A DNA stretch of 64,000 nt from Balamuthia mandrillaris (GCA_031835245.2 JAVKOQ020000002.1:186001-250000); one strand, 5' to 3'. Positions 39,294-51,740 are shown, numbered from the stretch's first letter. Translations and numbers: made by a program. Notes: generated by a model not told the origin, from the letters alone.

Positions 39294-39754
39294 CCCTCCT
39301 TGCCGGCTCTCTGTGCGTGTCTGCGTTCTGTGTAGACTCTTTTTGTAATTATTTTTCGTAGAATGAATTTCGAATTTTTTTTGGAAAATTTTCAGTGCTT
39401 TTTTTGCTGCGGATCGAATCCGATAGCAAGCAGTTGAGTTTTTTTAAAAAATAGACTTACCTGGCTTGGGATCGAAGCGCGTTGAGAACAATCATTTTTT
39501 TTTGTTATTCGGTGACGTCACCACAAACACCAAACACGAAAAGTCCGAAAAAAGAAAGAGAGAGAAGCCAAGAAGACGAGGCCTTTCTCTTCTCCTCTTG
39601 GTTTTTTTTTTTGGGGGGTTTTCTTCTTGCAACGAAAAGAGAGCAAAAGGTTCCTGTTGTTTCCTCCATCTTTTTTTTTTTTGCTTCATTTTTTTTTTGA
39701 AAATTTCTCAAACGTTGTAATCTTTGGATATAAAAATATAGAAAGAAGCCAACG

Positions 39755-41226
39755 ATGAGCTGGTGGAGTTCCATCAAGCAAAAGTTGCCTGATGGGTTGA
39801 GGCAGCTGCCCTCGCAGATTTATGGAGACCCGGCGGCCACACGGCAGCCTCGCATGCAGGGAACCATTGAGCTCTCCACAACCTTTTCCAGTCGCAGTCA
39901 TCTTTGGGAGGAGCATGGTTCGCTTCTTTCTTCTCTTCTCCCTTCTATGCTTCTCTTCTGTTCCCTCTGTCTCCCTTTCTCTCTCTCCCTCTTTGCTTCT
40001 CTCTCTTCTTGCTCTGCGTCGTTCTCTCCATGCGTCTTTCTCTTTTCGCCTCTCTCTGCTCTTCTGGCTGTTTCTTTCTCAACTCATCCACCACTCCAAA
40101 ACGCAAAAAAAAAAGATGGTTATACGTTTGACGAAGTGGACGAAGAAACGGTGGAAATAACGGAAACAAAGAGCACCAACGGCCAACAACAGCATCGACC
40201 CAGAAGGGTTTCCTCACTTCAACCGTCCTCCTCCGATTCCCAAAACTTGGACAGCTCTATATCCTTTCTTCTTTTCCTCCATCTTGCTTCTCTCTCTCTC
40301 TCTCTCCTCACTTTTTTGTTCCTTAACCTTTGGAATGAACGCTCCGTTGATGGAAGGATGGCTGGCCAAGCAAACTATTCTCAACACATTGCACAATCGC
40401 ACTCCCTTTAAGAACCGTTACTTTATTCTCAAACGGGGCTGCCTTTATTATTACGCCGTTGTAGCCGAGGTACTCTTCCTTTCTTAGCTCTCACAGTTTC
40501 TCTTTTTTTTGTTCTCTTTGTCTCTTGTTGTTTCTCTCTTGGTGTGTCCTTCTTGCTTGCTTGCGTTTCTTTCTTCATCGATTCTATGCTCCTCTCTCTT
40601 AACATCATTTTTTTGTTTTGTTTTGTTTTAAATACAGACAACGATTACGTTGGATGACTTCATGGTTTGCAGGGAAGAGAGCTTATTACCTGTGAATCTT
40701 GGGACAGAGGGCATCGGCTACTTGCTCACGCTGATCTTAGGCAAAGGAGACGATTCTCCTATACCCTCGGCCAAGGGCACCTCCTCTACTTCCTCCTCTT
40801 CCTCCTCTTCTCCTGCTACTAGCACCATTTCAAGTCCATTACAATCGCCTTCTCCTGCTCTCAGCGACCGGAGAAAAACATCTTCCACAGCACCTTCAGC
40901 AACCTCCATTGCACAAACCACAGAACCAGCAAAGCTGTTTTTTGCATTTCATACAGAAACGGAGCGGAATGCATGGCTTTCTGTGCTAACTGATGTGGAA
41001 CACGGGGATGAGACTAAGGTTTTATTCATTTTCTTCCACTTCTCTCTCTCTCCTCGGTCTCTCTCTCTTCCTTTCTTTCTCTCATTTACAGTGGTTTTTT
41101 GTTTCCAGGAAATGAAAGGGTGGGTGCTGAGCAGAGAAGGAGAGGGAAGAATATGGAGGCCACACTATCTTACCCTTAAAGGCACCAAATTAGAGTATCA
41201 CCGCAGAGATCGAAAGGTTTGTTCTT

Positions 41227-41271
<45 letters not shown>

Positions 41272-43434
41272 GTTCATAATAAACAACGATTGTCTATTAA
41301 AATAGGGTTACTTTCCTTTAACGGGCTGTGAAGTTTGGTCCAATGATGGCTTTTCTTTTAGCATACGTGCTCCCAACGGCAAAATACTGAGCATCAACAC
41401 CGCCACGCAAGAAATAAGAGATGAATGGATGGTTAAGCTGGAGCAAGTTATTGCCTATCTTGAAAAGAAGGACACGAGCGACGTGCACTCCAAAATTAGT
41501 GGCCAGAACATCTCCTATGCTGAAGAACGTACGTCAATCCGTCTTCATTCCTGCTTGGTTCTGTAACTTTTATTTTGTGTGTTGTTCCTTTTTTTCTTCT
41601 CTCTCTCTCTCTCTCTCTCTCATATTATTATTTATGTTTCCTTTGGATGAAACGTATTCAAACTTGTTTATTGCAGTGTTAGAATATACCAATCGAGTAA
41701 AAGATTACTTGGAGCACGAACGACTGCAAGTGGAAGCTCGCATACGGCATAACATAGAACACGACATAAAGCCCCCTTTGCAAGGCTCAGATGGCATATA
41801 TCGCATTATCAGTTTAGACGGCGGTGGCATGCGAGGCGTACGTTGTTTAACTTCGTCTCTCCTCTCTCTCTCTCTCTCTCTCTCGCATTGTGCATACTTT
41901 TTTTGTTTAAGTGCGAAATATAACGAAAAACAAACAGGTAATGAACTGCATAATACTGGATAGATTGTTGAAAGTATTTCCAGATCTGTTGTCTCGAGTG
42001 AACATGTTTGTAGGAACTTCCAATGGAGGTACCTGTTTACTTTTTTGAACTGTTTCTTTTTGACTATCCTATTGTTTGCATTAACTTGCAACTATCAAAA
42101 AAAGGCATGCTCGCAATGGCATTTGCCTTTGGCTACAGCCCGGCCGTATGTAGGTCCGTCTTGGAGCTCTCTGGCCGTCATGTCTTCAAACGAGAGGGGT
42201 CAGCCGCTGGTTACGGCATCAAAACTGCCAAGTTCTCCAGCGCTCCTCTCGAGATCCTCTGCAGAGAGATTTATGGCAAACATACCCTCTCCAATTGCTT
42301 CACTCACGTGCTTTTGCCTTCTCTCCTGTTGGATAATGGCTCTGCTGTGCCAATGAAACGCTCTTGTGAGACGCGATACTATCACAACCTTCCGAGAAAA
42401 GCCAGAAGGAGTGGTAGCCAAAGCGTCAGCAACAGAAAAGTGCGAGCGGTGAGCGTGACGGTGAATGGAGAGGAGAGGACGAACATTGTGAACACAGTCC
42501 GAGTCTCTGTTGGCGATTCGGCTCGCTATCCTTATCAAAGTTATTCTTCAACAACTTCATCGGTCGAAGGAGAAGAACGAGTTGCAACATTATCTTCATC
42601 CGAGGACGAACTTTCGACAAATCGTGAAGAAGAAAAAGAGCGGAGAGGCGAAGAAATAACAAGTTTAGAGAACAACAGCGAAACCACAAAAGAACAAAAC
42701 GAAAAAGAAGCGAAAGATTCTTCTGAAGAAAACGGCCCAACTGAAGAATCGCCCAACAATAACAAGTGCAAAAAAGCAAATGAAGATGAAGAAGAGATGG
42801 AAGAAGAATATAATCCGATGATCAACGAGCTTGCTTCTGATGTTGTTCTTCGAACAGCGGCGGCGCCCACTTACTTTCCGAGCTTTCAGCAACACGTCGA
42901 TGGCGGCATGTTTGCCCACGACCCAGCCAGCGCTGCACTGACGTATGCCATTAGTCCCAATTACTTGGCCAAAAACTTGAAGGACGTTCGTCTTTTGTCT
43001 TTTGGCACTGGTTTGTTTGTTTCTTTTCTTGTCGTTTGTTTTCTTCTTCCTTCTCTCCTTCTCTGCTCTCTGCTCTCTGCTCTCTGTTCTCTCGTCGTTT
43101 TCTTTTTTGCTTTCTCACTGTCAACGTCAATAAAGGCAAAGTGAATCACTATTACGAAGATGAGAACCACGACTGGGGCTACGTGCAATGGGTGCCCAAG
43201 CTAACCAACCTCCTCTGGGACGGCATGATCATGCACTCGGAGAACATCTGCAGGGAGCTCCTGGGAGAGCGATACTATCGCTTCAACCCTGTGTTGGAGA
43301 CGGAGATCGCTCTAGACAATCCGCTCGCCATTCCAGAGTTGGTGGAGACGGCGAAGAAGTTGGATCTGTCGGCACTTGTCGAGTGGATTGGAGAGCAGTT
43401 TTATTCTCCTTCTTCTTCTTCTTCTGCCACTTAA
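39755..43434 (+). CDS. Patatin-like phospholipase with two N-terminal PH domains; multi-exon, includes an AT-AC intron
   Basis: PH1 MEGWLAKQ...FKNRYFILKRGCLYYY...ERNAWL; PH2 MKGWVLS...WRPHYLTLKGTKLEY...RDEWM; patatin IISLDGGGMRG, GTSNGG nucleophile elbow, TAAAPTYFP, HVDGG, LLSFGTG, YYRFNP. Confidence 0.88.
40259..40340 (+). other. U12-type (minor spliceosome) AT-AC intron
   Basis: 5' site ATATCCTTT (40259-40267), branch TTCCTTAAC (40319-40327), 3' end AC (40339-40340). Removal joins ...NLDSS to APLMEGWLAKQ in frame. Confidence 0.92.
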
Positions 43435-43523
43435 CCTCAGTTTTGTGTTTTGTTATTTTGTCGCGTTACATACACTTTTCTTTCTCTTCTTTTGTGTTCA
43501 CGTTCTCCCTCCACGCTTTCTTT

Positions 43524-44716
43524 CTATCCAAAGTGTTGCATGTACTCAGAGCCCTGGACCTTCAACTTCAAACACACATTCTCCACTTTCTGCAAGCTCT
43601 GCGCCATCACTTCAATCTTGCTCCCCAAGTCTCCTCCTCTTCCTCCTCCTCGACTTCCTCCTTTTCTTGGCAACCCTTCAAAGCCCTCGTGAATGCTTCG
43701 TATGAACTGACAGAGGGAGAGAATCTCCTCCAAAGCAACCCCTTTGCTGGCCCAACTGACTGCCAACCGCATCAACTCGCCTGTCAGGTCGGCGATCCCC
43801 AAGAGGTAGTCCTCTAGAGTGAGCAGCTCCCCAAAGCCGGAGCGTTGCTTGACTTCATCGTGAGAGATAAGGACAGGACCCTCTTCCACGTATTTGAGAA
43901 AGGAGATTGCTTCCACGTATTCTTGTACTCCTTTTTTTTTAAAGTTGGTGTTAGGAGAAAGAAGAAAGAATAAGAAATAAGAACAAGAAGAAGAACAAGC
44001 ACAAGCACAAGAAGAGGGAAGCGAGCCTAACCAGGGCTAAAAGCACGTTGATACCGCCACCTCTCCTGCGGTTGCAGTCCGCTAACCTCCTCCCTGATCC
44101 GCGCCAACAGCTGGTGCACCCGCTCCAAGTCCTCCTGGGCGCGCTCCACTTTGGCCTCCCTCTCCTCGTCTGCGCGCTGCAGCAGAAAGATGACCCGCTT
44201 GCTGCCTATGGTGACGTCCCTGCTGAGCTTGACGAGGCGCTCGTAGCGGTCGTGGATGTCGTCCAGGTCCTTGGCGTAGCCCCTGAAGCGCTGCATCAGC
44301 TCCCCGTTGGGGTTCACCTGTTTCAGCCGTTGCTGCAGCAGCTCCTCTCTTTTGCTGTTGAACCCTCTCACGTCGAATTCCTCTTCTTCTGCCGCCCCTT
44401 CGTGCTCCTGTTCTCCTTTTCTTCCTCTTCCTCCTCTTCCTCTTCCTCCTCTTCCTCCCCGTCCTCCTCGTCCTCCTCTTCCTCCTCTCCCTCCTCGTCC
44501 TCTGCCCCTACCTTCTGCTTCTTCTTCCGCAAGAGGAGCTGGTTCCTGAGGTTCATCCACCTTTCTCTCTTCGTCCTGTTCGTTTAGCATCATCTTTTGA
44601 ACCTTTTTCCCTCTCAAGTCTTCTTCTTCGTTTTGTTGTGATGCAACCACGTCGCTCTTCTCTGTGGTGGTGTCCGTGCCTGCAGTAACAACCGTACCCT
44701 CTGCTTTTCGTTTCAT
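43524..44716 (-). CDS. TSNAX: Translin-associated factor X (TRAX, C3PO subunit) with N-terminal RGG tract; 2 exons
   Basis: YERLVKLSRDVTIGSKRVIFLLQR, RYQRAFSPGVQEYVEAISF, DYLLGIADLTGELMR, KIEVMAQSLQKVENVC...GSEY. Confidence 0.92.
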
Positions 44717-44892
44717 CAAACCAAAAACTTTTTTCTTTCTTCTCTGTTTTTTTCTGTCCGCAAAAAAACTTCTTGCCGACATACATTCTTTACATTCTTC
44801 TTACCATTTGTCTAATCAAAATTATTGTCGACACACACGCTTTGAATTCTTTTCATTTCTAACAATTTTTGCATAGCTTAGAAAGAAGAAAG

Positions 44893-45291
44893 ATGAAGCG
44901 CGTTAGGGTGCTGTCAGGCGAGGCCTCTTCTCTCCTGCGGGGCAACGACCGCGCCGAGTTGCCGCCTCATCTGTTCAAAGACCTAAACTTTCTTCCCTTC
45001 CAATCGCTACAAGTCTGTTCTTCTTCTGAGGAAGCCAAGCCAATTTGTTGTTGTTGCGAAGCGGCCATCGACGAAACGTTGCCATCGGATACGATTCGCC
45101 TCACTCCGCTCTTATGGGAGGCGCTTGGGTCTCCATCTTACCTCTGGATCAAACCTTTTCCTCCCTTTGCGTTGTCTTCTTCAAATGGTTTCTCTCCTCT
45201 TCTTTCTGCTCCCTGCTCTCTGCTCCCTGCTCCCTGCTCTCTGCTCTCTGCTCTCTGCTCTCTGCTCTCTGCTCTCTGCTCTCTGCTCTCT

Positions 45292-45367
<76 letters not shown>

Positions 45368-48188
45368 TGCTCTCTGCTCTCGTTCTTGTCGTTGCTTTCT
45401 TTCTTTCTTGTCGTTTCTTTCTTTCTTTCGTTCTTTCTTCTCATCTTTCTCATCTTGCTTCTCTTCTCTTCTTCACCAGTGGAAAGAGTAACGGTGGTTG
45501 TGACCACCACCACAACAAGAAGAGCCAACCTGGGCAGCTTCTTCCAGGAGGACCAGGCGCTGAGGGCCACGCTGGGCCACGCCATCCAACGTAAGATGAC
45601 GAGAGCGAGCGGGGGCCTTGTGGCCAAAGGGCTTGTCTTTGTGGTGTCGCTCTTGGGCCAGGTCTTCTTGTGTCGTGTGGCCGACATCAAAGCTTCTCCG
45701 CAAGAAGAAGAGGAAGGTGCAAAGGGTTGGAGGAAAGCGAGCGCAGCCACGACAAGGTGGAAAGTGGTCGTGGAGAACTCGCTGCAGGCCGAAGGTGGAG
45801 GGAGGGAAGGAAGACGCCCGGAGGAGAGAGTTGTGGTGGCTGGTCTTGCTGCTGAAGAAACTGAACTTCGTAGATTAATAGGTTTGTTTTATTCTTTCTC
45901 CTCTCTTCATTCTTCTTGCTTCTTTCTTCTGCTCGCCGCTCTAAAACCATCATATTCGTCGCACTTGCTTTCTTTCTTTTAGGGCTATCGCTGACCCCAT
46001 GGAGAATTGCATCCCAACAAACTCCGACAATAACGACATCCACATCAAAGAAGTTCCAACCAAGCCGAGGTATCCTAGTGAGCGGCCCCTCTGGTACCGG
46101 CAAGTCTCGGTTAGTGCATAAGGTGGCTGCCACATTTCATCCTCCTTTCAACGCCATTGTGGAGCTTTCTGCTATGGAGATACTCTCCTCGCCTTCATCT
46201 GTATCTCGAGAATCACTTCGAAGCAACAAACCTGCATTGCTTATCCTTCGAGACATGAACACCTTAACTTCTTCTAACAACGACAAGAGCTCAGCAACAT
46301 CGTCGTCATCATTGTCTTCCGCAAAACGAGAGGCCATCACTCGATTGCTCGAGTTTATGGAGGACGAGGCGACGATGGAGGGAGCATGTATCATAGGAAT
46401 ATTGACAACGGATGAAGCAAGCGATTCTTCTTCGCTGCCTCCATCGCTGAGGCAAGCAGGACGCTTCGAGTATGAGCTACGACTCTCGGCTCCTGATGCT
46501 GCTCAACGCCAAGATATTTTGGAGCTTTTATTGAAAGATGTTCCAGTTAGCTTTAAATCAGGAGAAGAAGTAGAAGAACACTACCAACGCAAGGAGGTGT
46601 CTCGTGAATTAAGTAAGGTACCAGATTCTTTGCTCCTTCTCTTCTATTTCCTTCGTTTTCTTTGTTTGAGGAGAGAGGATGAATAACCACTGACCATCAT
46701 CTTGAAGATTACAACAGGATACGTAGGTAGAGACCTTAAAAAGCTGTGCAGGCAAGCCACTCTGCGAGCCATCATCAAAGCTGATAGACAAAAGCTCAAA
46801 TCAACACATCACCACAACAATAACTCAACTAAAATTACGAAGAGAGATGGGCTGGAAATGGTCAGTTGGGACGATTTTAGGGAGGCGCTTCACGCCGTAC
46901 AGCCCTCTCAAATGTTCGAGTTTCACACAAAGTTGCCTCAAGTTTCTTGGGATGATATCGGAGGGTAAGGCTTTCTCCTCTCACCCTCTCTGTCTCTTTC
47001 TCTCTCGCTTTCTCTCTTTGCGACTTTATTTTGACCTTCGCTTTTAAATAAACAACAGTTGCAAAGAGGTAAGACAGAAATTCGAAGAATACATAGAGTG
47101 GTCGCGTTCGGAACGTTTTAAGAGGTTGGGCGCGCAATCCTCTGGCGGTGTGCTTCTCTACGGTCCTCCTGGCAATGGAAAGACTTTGTGCGTCCACGCC
47201 ATGGCTGCCCAATACCGTCTCAACTTTATATCCGTTAAAGGGTCTCCTTCTCTGTTCTCTCTTGTTTCCCTTTTGCGCTTTTCTTTCCTATCCATTCTAT
47301 TAGCTTCTCTGCTCATCTCTTCTATTTCTTTGCTTCTCGCTTATGGTTTTAGGCCGGAAATGTTTTCAAAGTATTTTGGTGAGACCGAGGCCTTGATAAG
47401 AAGGCTATTTGCTCGAGCAAGACAAGCAGCGCCCTGCATTTTGTTCTTTGATGAAATAGATGCTATTGGGGCGATGCGAGATGATGGTTCCTACCTATGC
47501 TTTCTTTCTTTCGCTAGCACTATGACTCTAATGGGCCAACCTCGCTCAATTGCTTTTCATCAATGTGATACAGATGGCATTGGAGGATTGCATCAAAGAG
47601 TGCTCAGCCAAATGCTAAACGAGATGGATGGAGTGCAAGCCAAGAAGGATGTCTTTGTGGTTGGTTGCACTAACCGCCCTGCATCTCTTGATAGCGCTCT
47701 TCTTCGCCCTGGTTTGTCTTCCTTCTTTCTTCTTTTTCTTCTTGTTTTAACTTTGGCAACGACAACACAAAAGGACGATTCGATTGTTTGTTGTATGTTG
47801 GTCCTCCAGAGGAAGAAGCTAGAGCGGAGCTCCTTCGCATTCAAGCCAGAAAGATTCCTTTCCATCTCGGTGATGAACGCGAGACTATCCTGGAGCAATG
47901 GGCCAAACTCACCGAGGGCCTCTCCGCTGCTGAACTTATTTCTGTTTGTAGGTTCGTTGTGCTCCTCTCTTCGCTCTCTTTGCTTCTCCTTGACGTTGTA
48001 AACAAACAAACCAAAATAGAGATGCAGCATTGGTAGCGCTGAAAGAAAGCGAAGAAGCCAAAACAGTCACAGATGGCCACTTTCGGGAAGCCTTGGCAAG
48101 CTTCGCACAGAGAGGCGGCGTGCGAAGCGTTACCAAAGCCAATCTCGCCTACTACGAACGCTTTCGTGCTGCTCAACAACAATCCTAA
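44893..48188 (+). CDS. Type II AAA+ ATPase, CDC48/AFG2 (SPATA5L1-like) family; multi-exon
   Basis: D1 GILVSGPSGTGKS and LRQAGRFEYE; linker VSWDDIGG; D2 GVLLYGPPGNGKT, FISVKGPEMFSKYFGETE, ILFFDEIDAIG, VLSQMLNEMDG, TNRPASLDSALLRPGRFD. Confidence 0.85.
45211..45380. repeat. Intronic heptamer minisatellite, (CTCTGCT)n grading into (CTCCGCT)n
   Basis: More than 20 tandem 7-mers in the first AAA intron. A shorter CTCTGCT array lies at about 43061-43090 in a patatin intron. Confidence 0.9.
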
Positions 48189-48273
48189 AGCAAAAATTGA
48201 AAGCGATGAAAACAGAAGAGAGAGAGAGAGAGAGAGAGAAAGAAATACATTCCAACTTTGAAGAACAGCAAAT

Positions 48274-49665
48274 TTACATATCTTCCACAGACCAAAGATA
48301 AGCTTCTGTTTGGTGAGCGATGGCAGCGGACTGACGTTGAAAGAGTTGCTTCTCGAAGCCATTGCCGCGATCCACTCCATCCCAACGAGGCCCTGGCCCG
48401 ATGTTGAAACGATTGGGCGGCGCTTGAAACTTGCACACTCCATCCGTCTTTCTCAGGTATCGCTGAATCTGTTCTCTTTCATCCAATTCTTTCTTTTGCT
48501 TCTTCTCTTTCTTTGCTTTGTCCTTCTTTTTCTTCTTTTTCTTCTTGTCCTTCTTCTTGTCTTTCTTCTTCTTCTTTTCGGACTTGGAAGCAAACATGGC
48601 CATCGGATCGCCCCATCGATCCTTCTCCTTAAAGAACTCATTGAGCTCCTCGTCATCGGCGTACCTCGCAAAAGGTTTGCTTGCCTCCTCTTCCTCCCAC
48701 CGCTTGCGGTCCTCCTTGGACTTCTTCTGCACCAAACCCACTCCCCACTCCATTTGTTGCTCTTCTTGGCCTTCCACTAACTCTCCCTCTTTTCGCAGCA
48801 TCTCGGTCAGCATCTCCAACTTTCTGCCTCGGCGGTCGCGATAGACGGTGGCCGCTCCTTTGCCCAAAGCAGTGGGGTCCTGCTTGTTCAACCGCTCCTG
48901 CTGCTCCTTTTTGAGGCGTCTGCTCTCTCGCTTGAGCTCCTTGCCAGTAAGCAGGCCCGCTTTCATTCCTGAAGTCAGCTTTTCTGCTTCCGCTTCTGCT
49001 GCTTCCTCCGTCTGTCGACGAGGCGGAGAGGCGTCTTCCCCTCCGGTTGTCGAAGTGGTGGCAGTTGGCGGTGTATCGTGGCGTTGCGGACGACGAGGCG
49101 GAGAAGCGTCTTCCATTGCTGTCGTTGAAACGTCATGACGTCGTCGGCGAGGCGGAGAAGCGTCTGGACTGTCGTGTCTTGGTGGACGGCGGCGCGGAGG
49201 TGAAGCGTCTGGGCTGTCGTGCCTTTGCCGACGAGGAGGTGAAGCTTCTGGGCTGTCATGCCGTTGTCGACGAGGAGGAGAAGCGTCTGGGCTGTCGTGT
49301 CTTCGTCGACGTGGAGGAGAAGCGTCTTCATCGTCGATCAAACGATTGGCTGTTGTGGACTGAACGACTACCCATTCGCTTTGTCGTTTTCTGGCTTCTT
49401 CGGCCAGCTTTTCGGCAGCGGACTCCACCACCACCGGCACTTCGTCTTCCTCCTCCTCCTCTTCCTCGTTCTTTGCAAGGACGGGAGCGACGTAGTCCTC
49501 ATCCACGATGACGACCGCCGCTTTCCTTGGTTTCTTTTTGGCTGCGGCTGCCGCTGCCCCTTCTCCCGAGGCTGGTTTCTTTTTCCGTCGTTTCTTCTTG
49601 GTGGTGGTTGCTGTGCCCTCACTCGGCGGGTCCAAGTACTTTCGCAAGTACTCCGCGGTGGCCAT
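48274..49665 (-). CDS. BUD13: Pre-mRNA splicing factor BUD13/CWC26 (RES complex), intronless
   Basis: AEYLRKYL, DASPPRR repeats, ATVYRDRRGR, WGVGLVQK, PFARYADDEELN, RWGDPM, PPNRFNIGPGPRWDGVDRGNGFE, WSVEDM*. Confidence 0.95.
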   Translation of the reverse strand: MATAEYLRKYLDPPSEGTATTTKKKRRKKKPASGEGAAAAAAKKKPRKAAVVIVDEDYVAPVLAKNEEEEEEEDEVPVVVESAAEKLAEEARKRQSEWVVVQSTTANRLIDDEDASPPRRRRHDSPDASPPRRQRHDSPEASPPRRQRHDSPDASPPRRRPPRHDSPDASPPRRRRHDVSTTAMEDASPPRRPQRHDTPPTATTSTTGGEDASPPRRQTEEAAEAEAEKLTSGMKAGLLTGKELKRESRRLKKEQQERLNKQDPTALGKGAATVYRDRRGRKLEMLTEMLRKEGELVEGQEEQQMEWGVGLVQKKSKEDRKRWEEEEASKPFARYADDEELNEFFKEKDRWGDPMAMFASKSEKKKKKDKKKDKKKKKKKKDKAKKEKKQKKELDEREQIQRYLRKTDGVCKFQAPPNRFNIGPGPRWDGVDRGNGFEKQLFQRQSAAIAHQTEAYLWSVEDM

Positions 49666-49731
49666 CTTCGTCCAAGGGCCAGCCGTTTGGCGTCACTCCT
49701 TCGCTCTTTCTTTCTTTTATTTCTTCTTTCT

Positions 49732-49888
49732 TGTCGACATTTGTCGACAAGTTGAAAGTTTGCACTTTCTTTGTTATTGACGATTAATCGACAGTCTCGT
49801 TAATTATTTGAATAATTGGTTAACACCTGAAAACTCTGGATAATATCGATAAAAATGGTCATTTTACAACTATTGCAAATTGTCGACA
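49732..49888. promoter_or_regulatory. Cluster of palindromic TGTCGACA/TATCGATA elements in the BUD13-MOCS3 divergent intergenic region
   Basis: TGTCGACA at 49732, 49742 and 49881, and TATCGATA at 49844, within a 254-bp head-to-head gap. The same 8-mer occurs upstream of other genes in the window. Confidence 0.5.
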
Positions 49889-49919
49889 AAAATATTTTCG
49901 AAGGAAGAAACTTAAAAAA

Positions 49920-50335
49920 ATGCAACAAGAAGATGAGCCAAAGAGCGGCTCTGCGCTCTCTGCGGGGGAGGCGAAGCGCTACGGCCGCCAGTTGTTGCTG
50001 CCTCAGTTTGGGGTCGAGGGACAGAAGCGGTTGGCAGAGTCCTCCGTTTTGCTGGTGGGCGCTGGTGGTTTGGGCTCTCCCATAGCTCTCTATTTGGCTG
50101 GCGCTGGTGTTGGTAGGAAGATTTAACTTTTTGTGCTTTGAGATTTGTTTATGTTTCTCTTTGGCTTCCGTTGCCCTTTTTACAAACACTGCGAAACAAA
50201 AAGGTTGTTTGGGGATTGTGGATGATGATACGGTGGAGCTGAGCAACCTTCACCGTCAAATAATACACTCGGAGCAAACCGTTGGGCAACCAAAGGCTCT
50301 CTCTGCTCAACAAGCCATTCAGCGGTAACGCTGAT

Positions 50336-50376
<41 letters not shown>

Positions 50377-51740
50377 TTCGTTGCACCGTCTCACTCTCCT
50401 CTCTCCCTCTCTTTACAAAACAAAAAGGCTTAACTCTTCGATCACAGTCATTCCTTACAACACCCGTTTGACGAGCGAGAACGCTCTTCAACTGTTGGAA
50501 AGCTACGACGTGGTGGTAGACGCCACCGACAACATCGCCACCAGGTACTTGCTCAACGACTCCTGCGTGCTCAGCGGAAAGCCGCTCGTGTCGGGGAGCG
50601 CGTTGGGGTTGGAAGGGCGTCTCACGGTCTATCATTATCGCGGTGGACCGTGTTACAGATGTGTGTGGCCACGGCCACCTCCGCCAGACTCTCTGGGCTC
50701 TTGCTCTGAGAATGGAGTGCTTGGCATCGGTACCCTTTTCTTTTTTTTTTTTCCTCTTTCTTTCTTTCTCTTTCTTTGTTGTGTCTTTGTTGTTTCTTCT
50801 CTTTCTTTCTTTTCTGTTTTATGTGGGAGACATTGAAAGAATTGAAAAAAGTTCATAGTGCCCGGCATCATCGGCAGCCTGCAGGCACTGGAAGTTATAA
50901 AGGTGTTGACAGGGATGGGAGAGGTCTTATCCCAAAAGATGCTGCTGTTCTCTGCCACCAACACACAATCGCGAGTGATTGGGCTTCCGCCGCGTAACCC
51001 CAAATGTGTTGTTTGCAGCAACGAGTCTCCGACCACAGCCACAATGAAGCTTGCCCCCATGGAGGAATATGAACGATTTTGTGGTGTATCTAACGATAAG
51101 GTAAGATAATTGAGTGAGAGATGTCATCGAACGAGATAACAAAAGAACAATTCTTCTTTTAGAACTCAACGTTATCCATTTTACCATCCGAACATCATGT
51201 CTCTTGCGTGGTATGCATTCATTCTTTTAACCGTTTCTTCAACGCTTTTTTTTTCAATCTCTTTAACTTTTCCTTCAATAGACTTATTACACGGAACGGC
51301 GGCACTCTGACCATCTCTTGTTGGACGTGAGACCAATGCACGAATTCAAGATATGTTCCTTGCCGCATGCTACAAGTACCTCACTCGTCTTCTTTGTTCT
51401 CTTGCTCCTTTCACTTATCCTCTCTTTTCTTTCTCATTCAGGCATTCCTTTGAACATTTTGTCGCAAGAAATTGATAACATAAAAGCAAAGACTCAAAAT
51501 GACAATCTCTTTCCAGGTTCCCTCTTCCTCTCTCTCTTTATCTCTTCATACCTCTTATCTCTTCTGCTTCTGCTTCTTCTCATGCGAAAAAATAAAGTTT
51601 ACGTGATTTGCAGAAGAGGGAATGACTCGCAAAAGGCGGTACAAGCCTTACGGGCGGCAGGTTTGGAGCACGCATACAACATCGAAGGCGGGTTGGTGGC
51701 TTGGGCCAAAGACATTGACCCAACCTTTCCTCTCTATTGA
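49920..51740 (+). CDS. MOCS3: Adenylyltransferase/sulfurtransferase MOCS3/UBA4 (ThiF-MoeB plus rhodanese); multi-exon
   Basis: [46 protein letters not shown], rhodanese DVRP and [18 protein letters not shown]. Confidence 0.95.

Noticed and set aside
39455..39480. ACTTACCTGG, resembling the U1 snRNA 5' end
   Set aside because: No U1 stem-loop I, no ATTGCAC loop II and no Sm site follow; it sits in a short divergent gap.
44869..45750. ORFs with SALRSPL / AESGERR repeats
   Set aside because: Translations of the intronic heptamer minisatellite, not real coding sequence.
49000..49330. Spaced ~30-nt direct repeats, superficially CRISPR-like
   Set aside because: They encode the DASPPRR repeats of BUD13.
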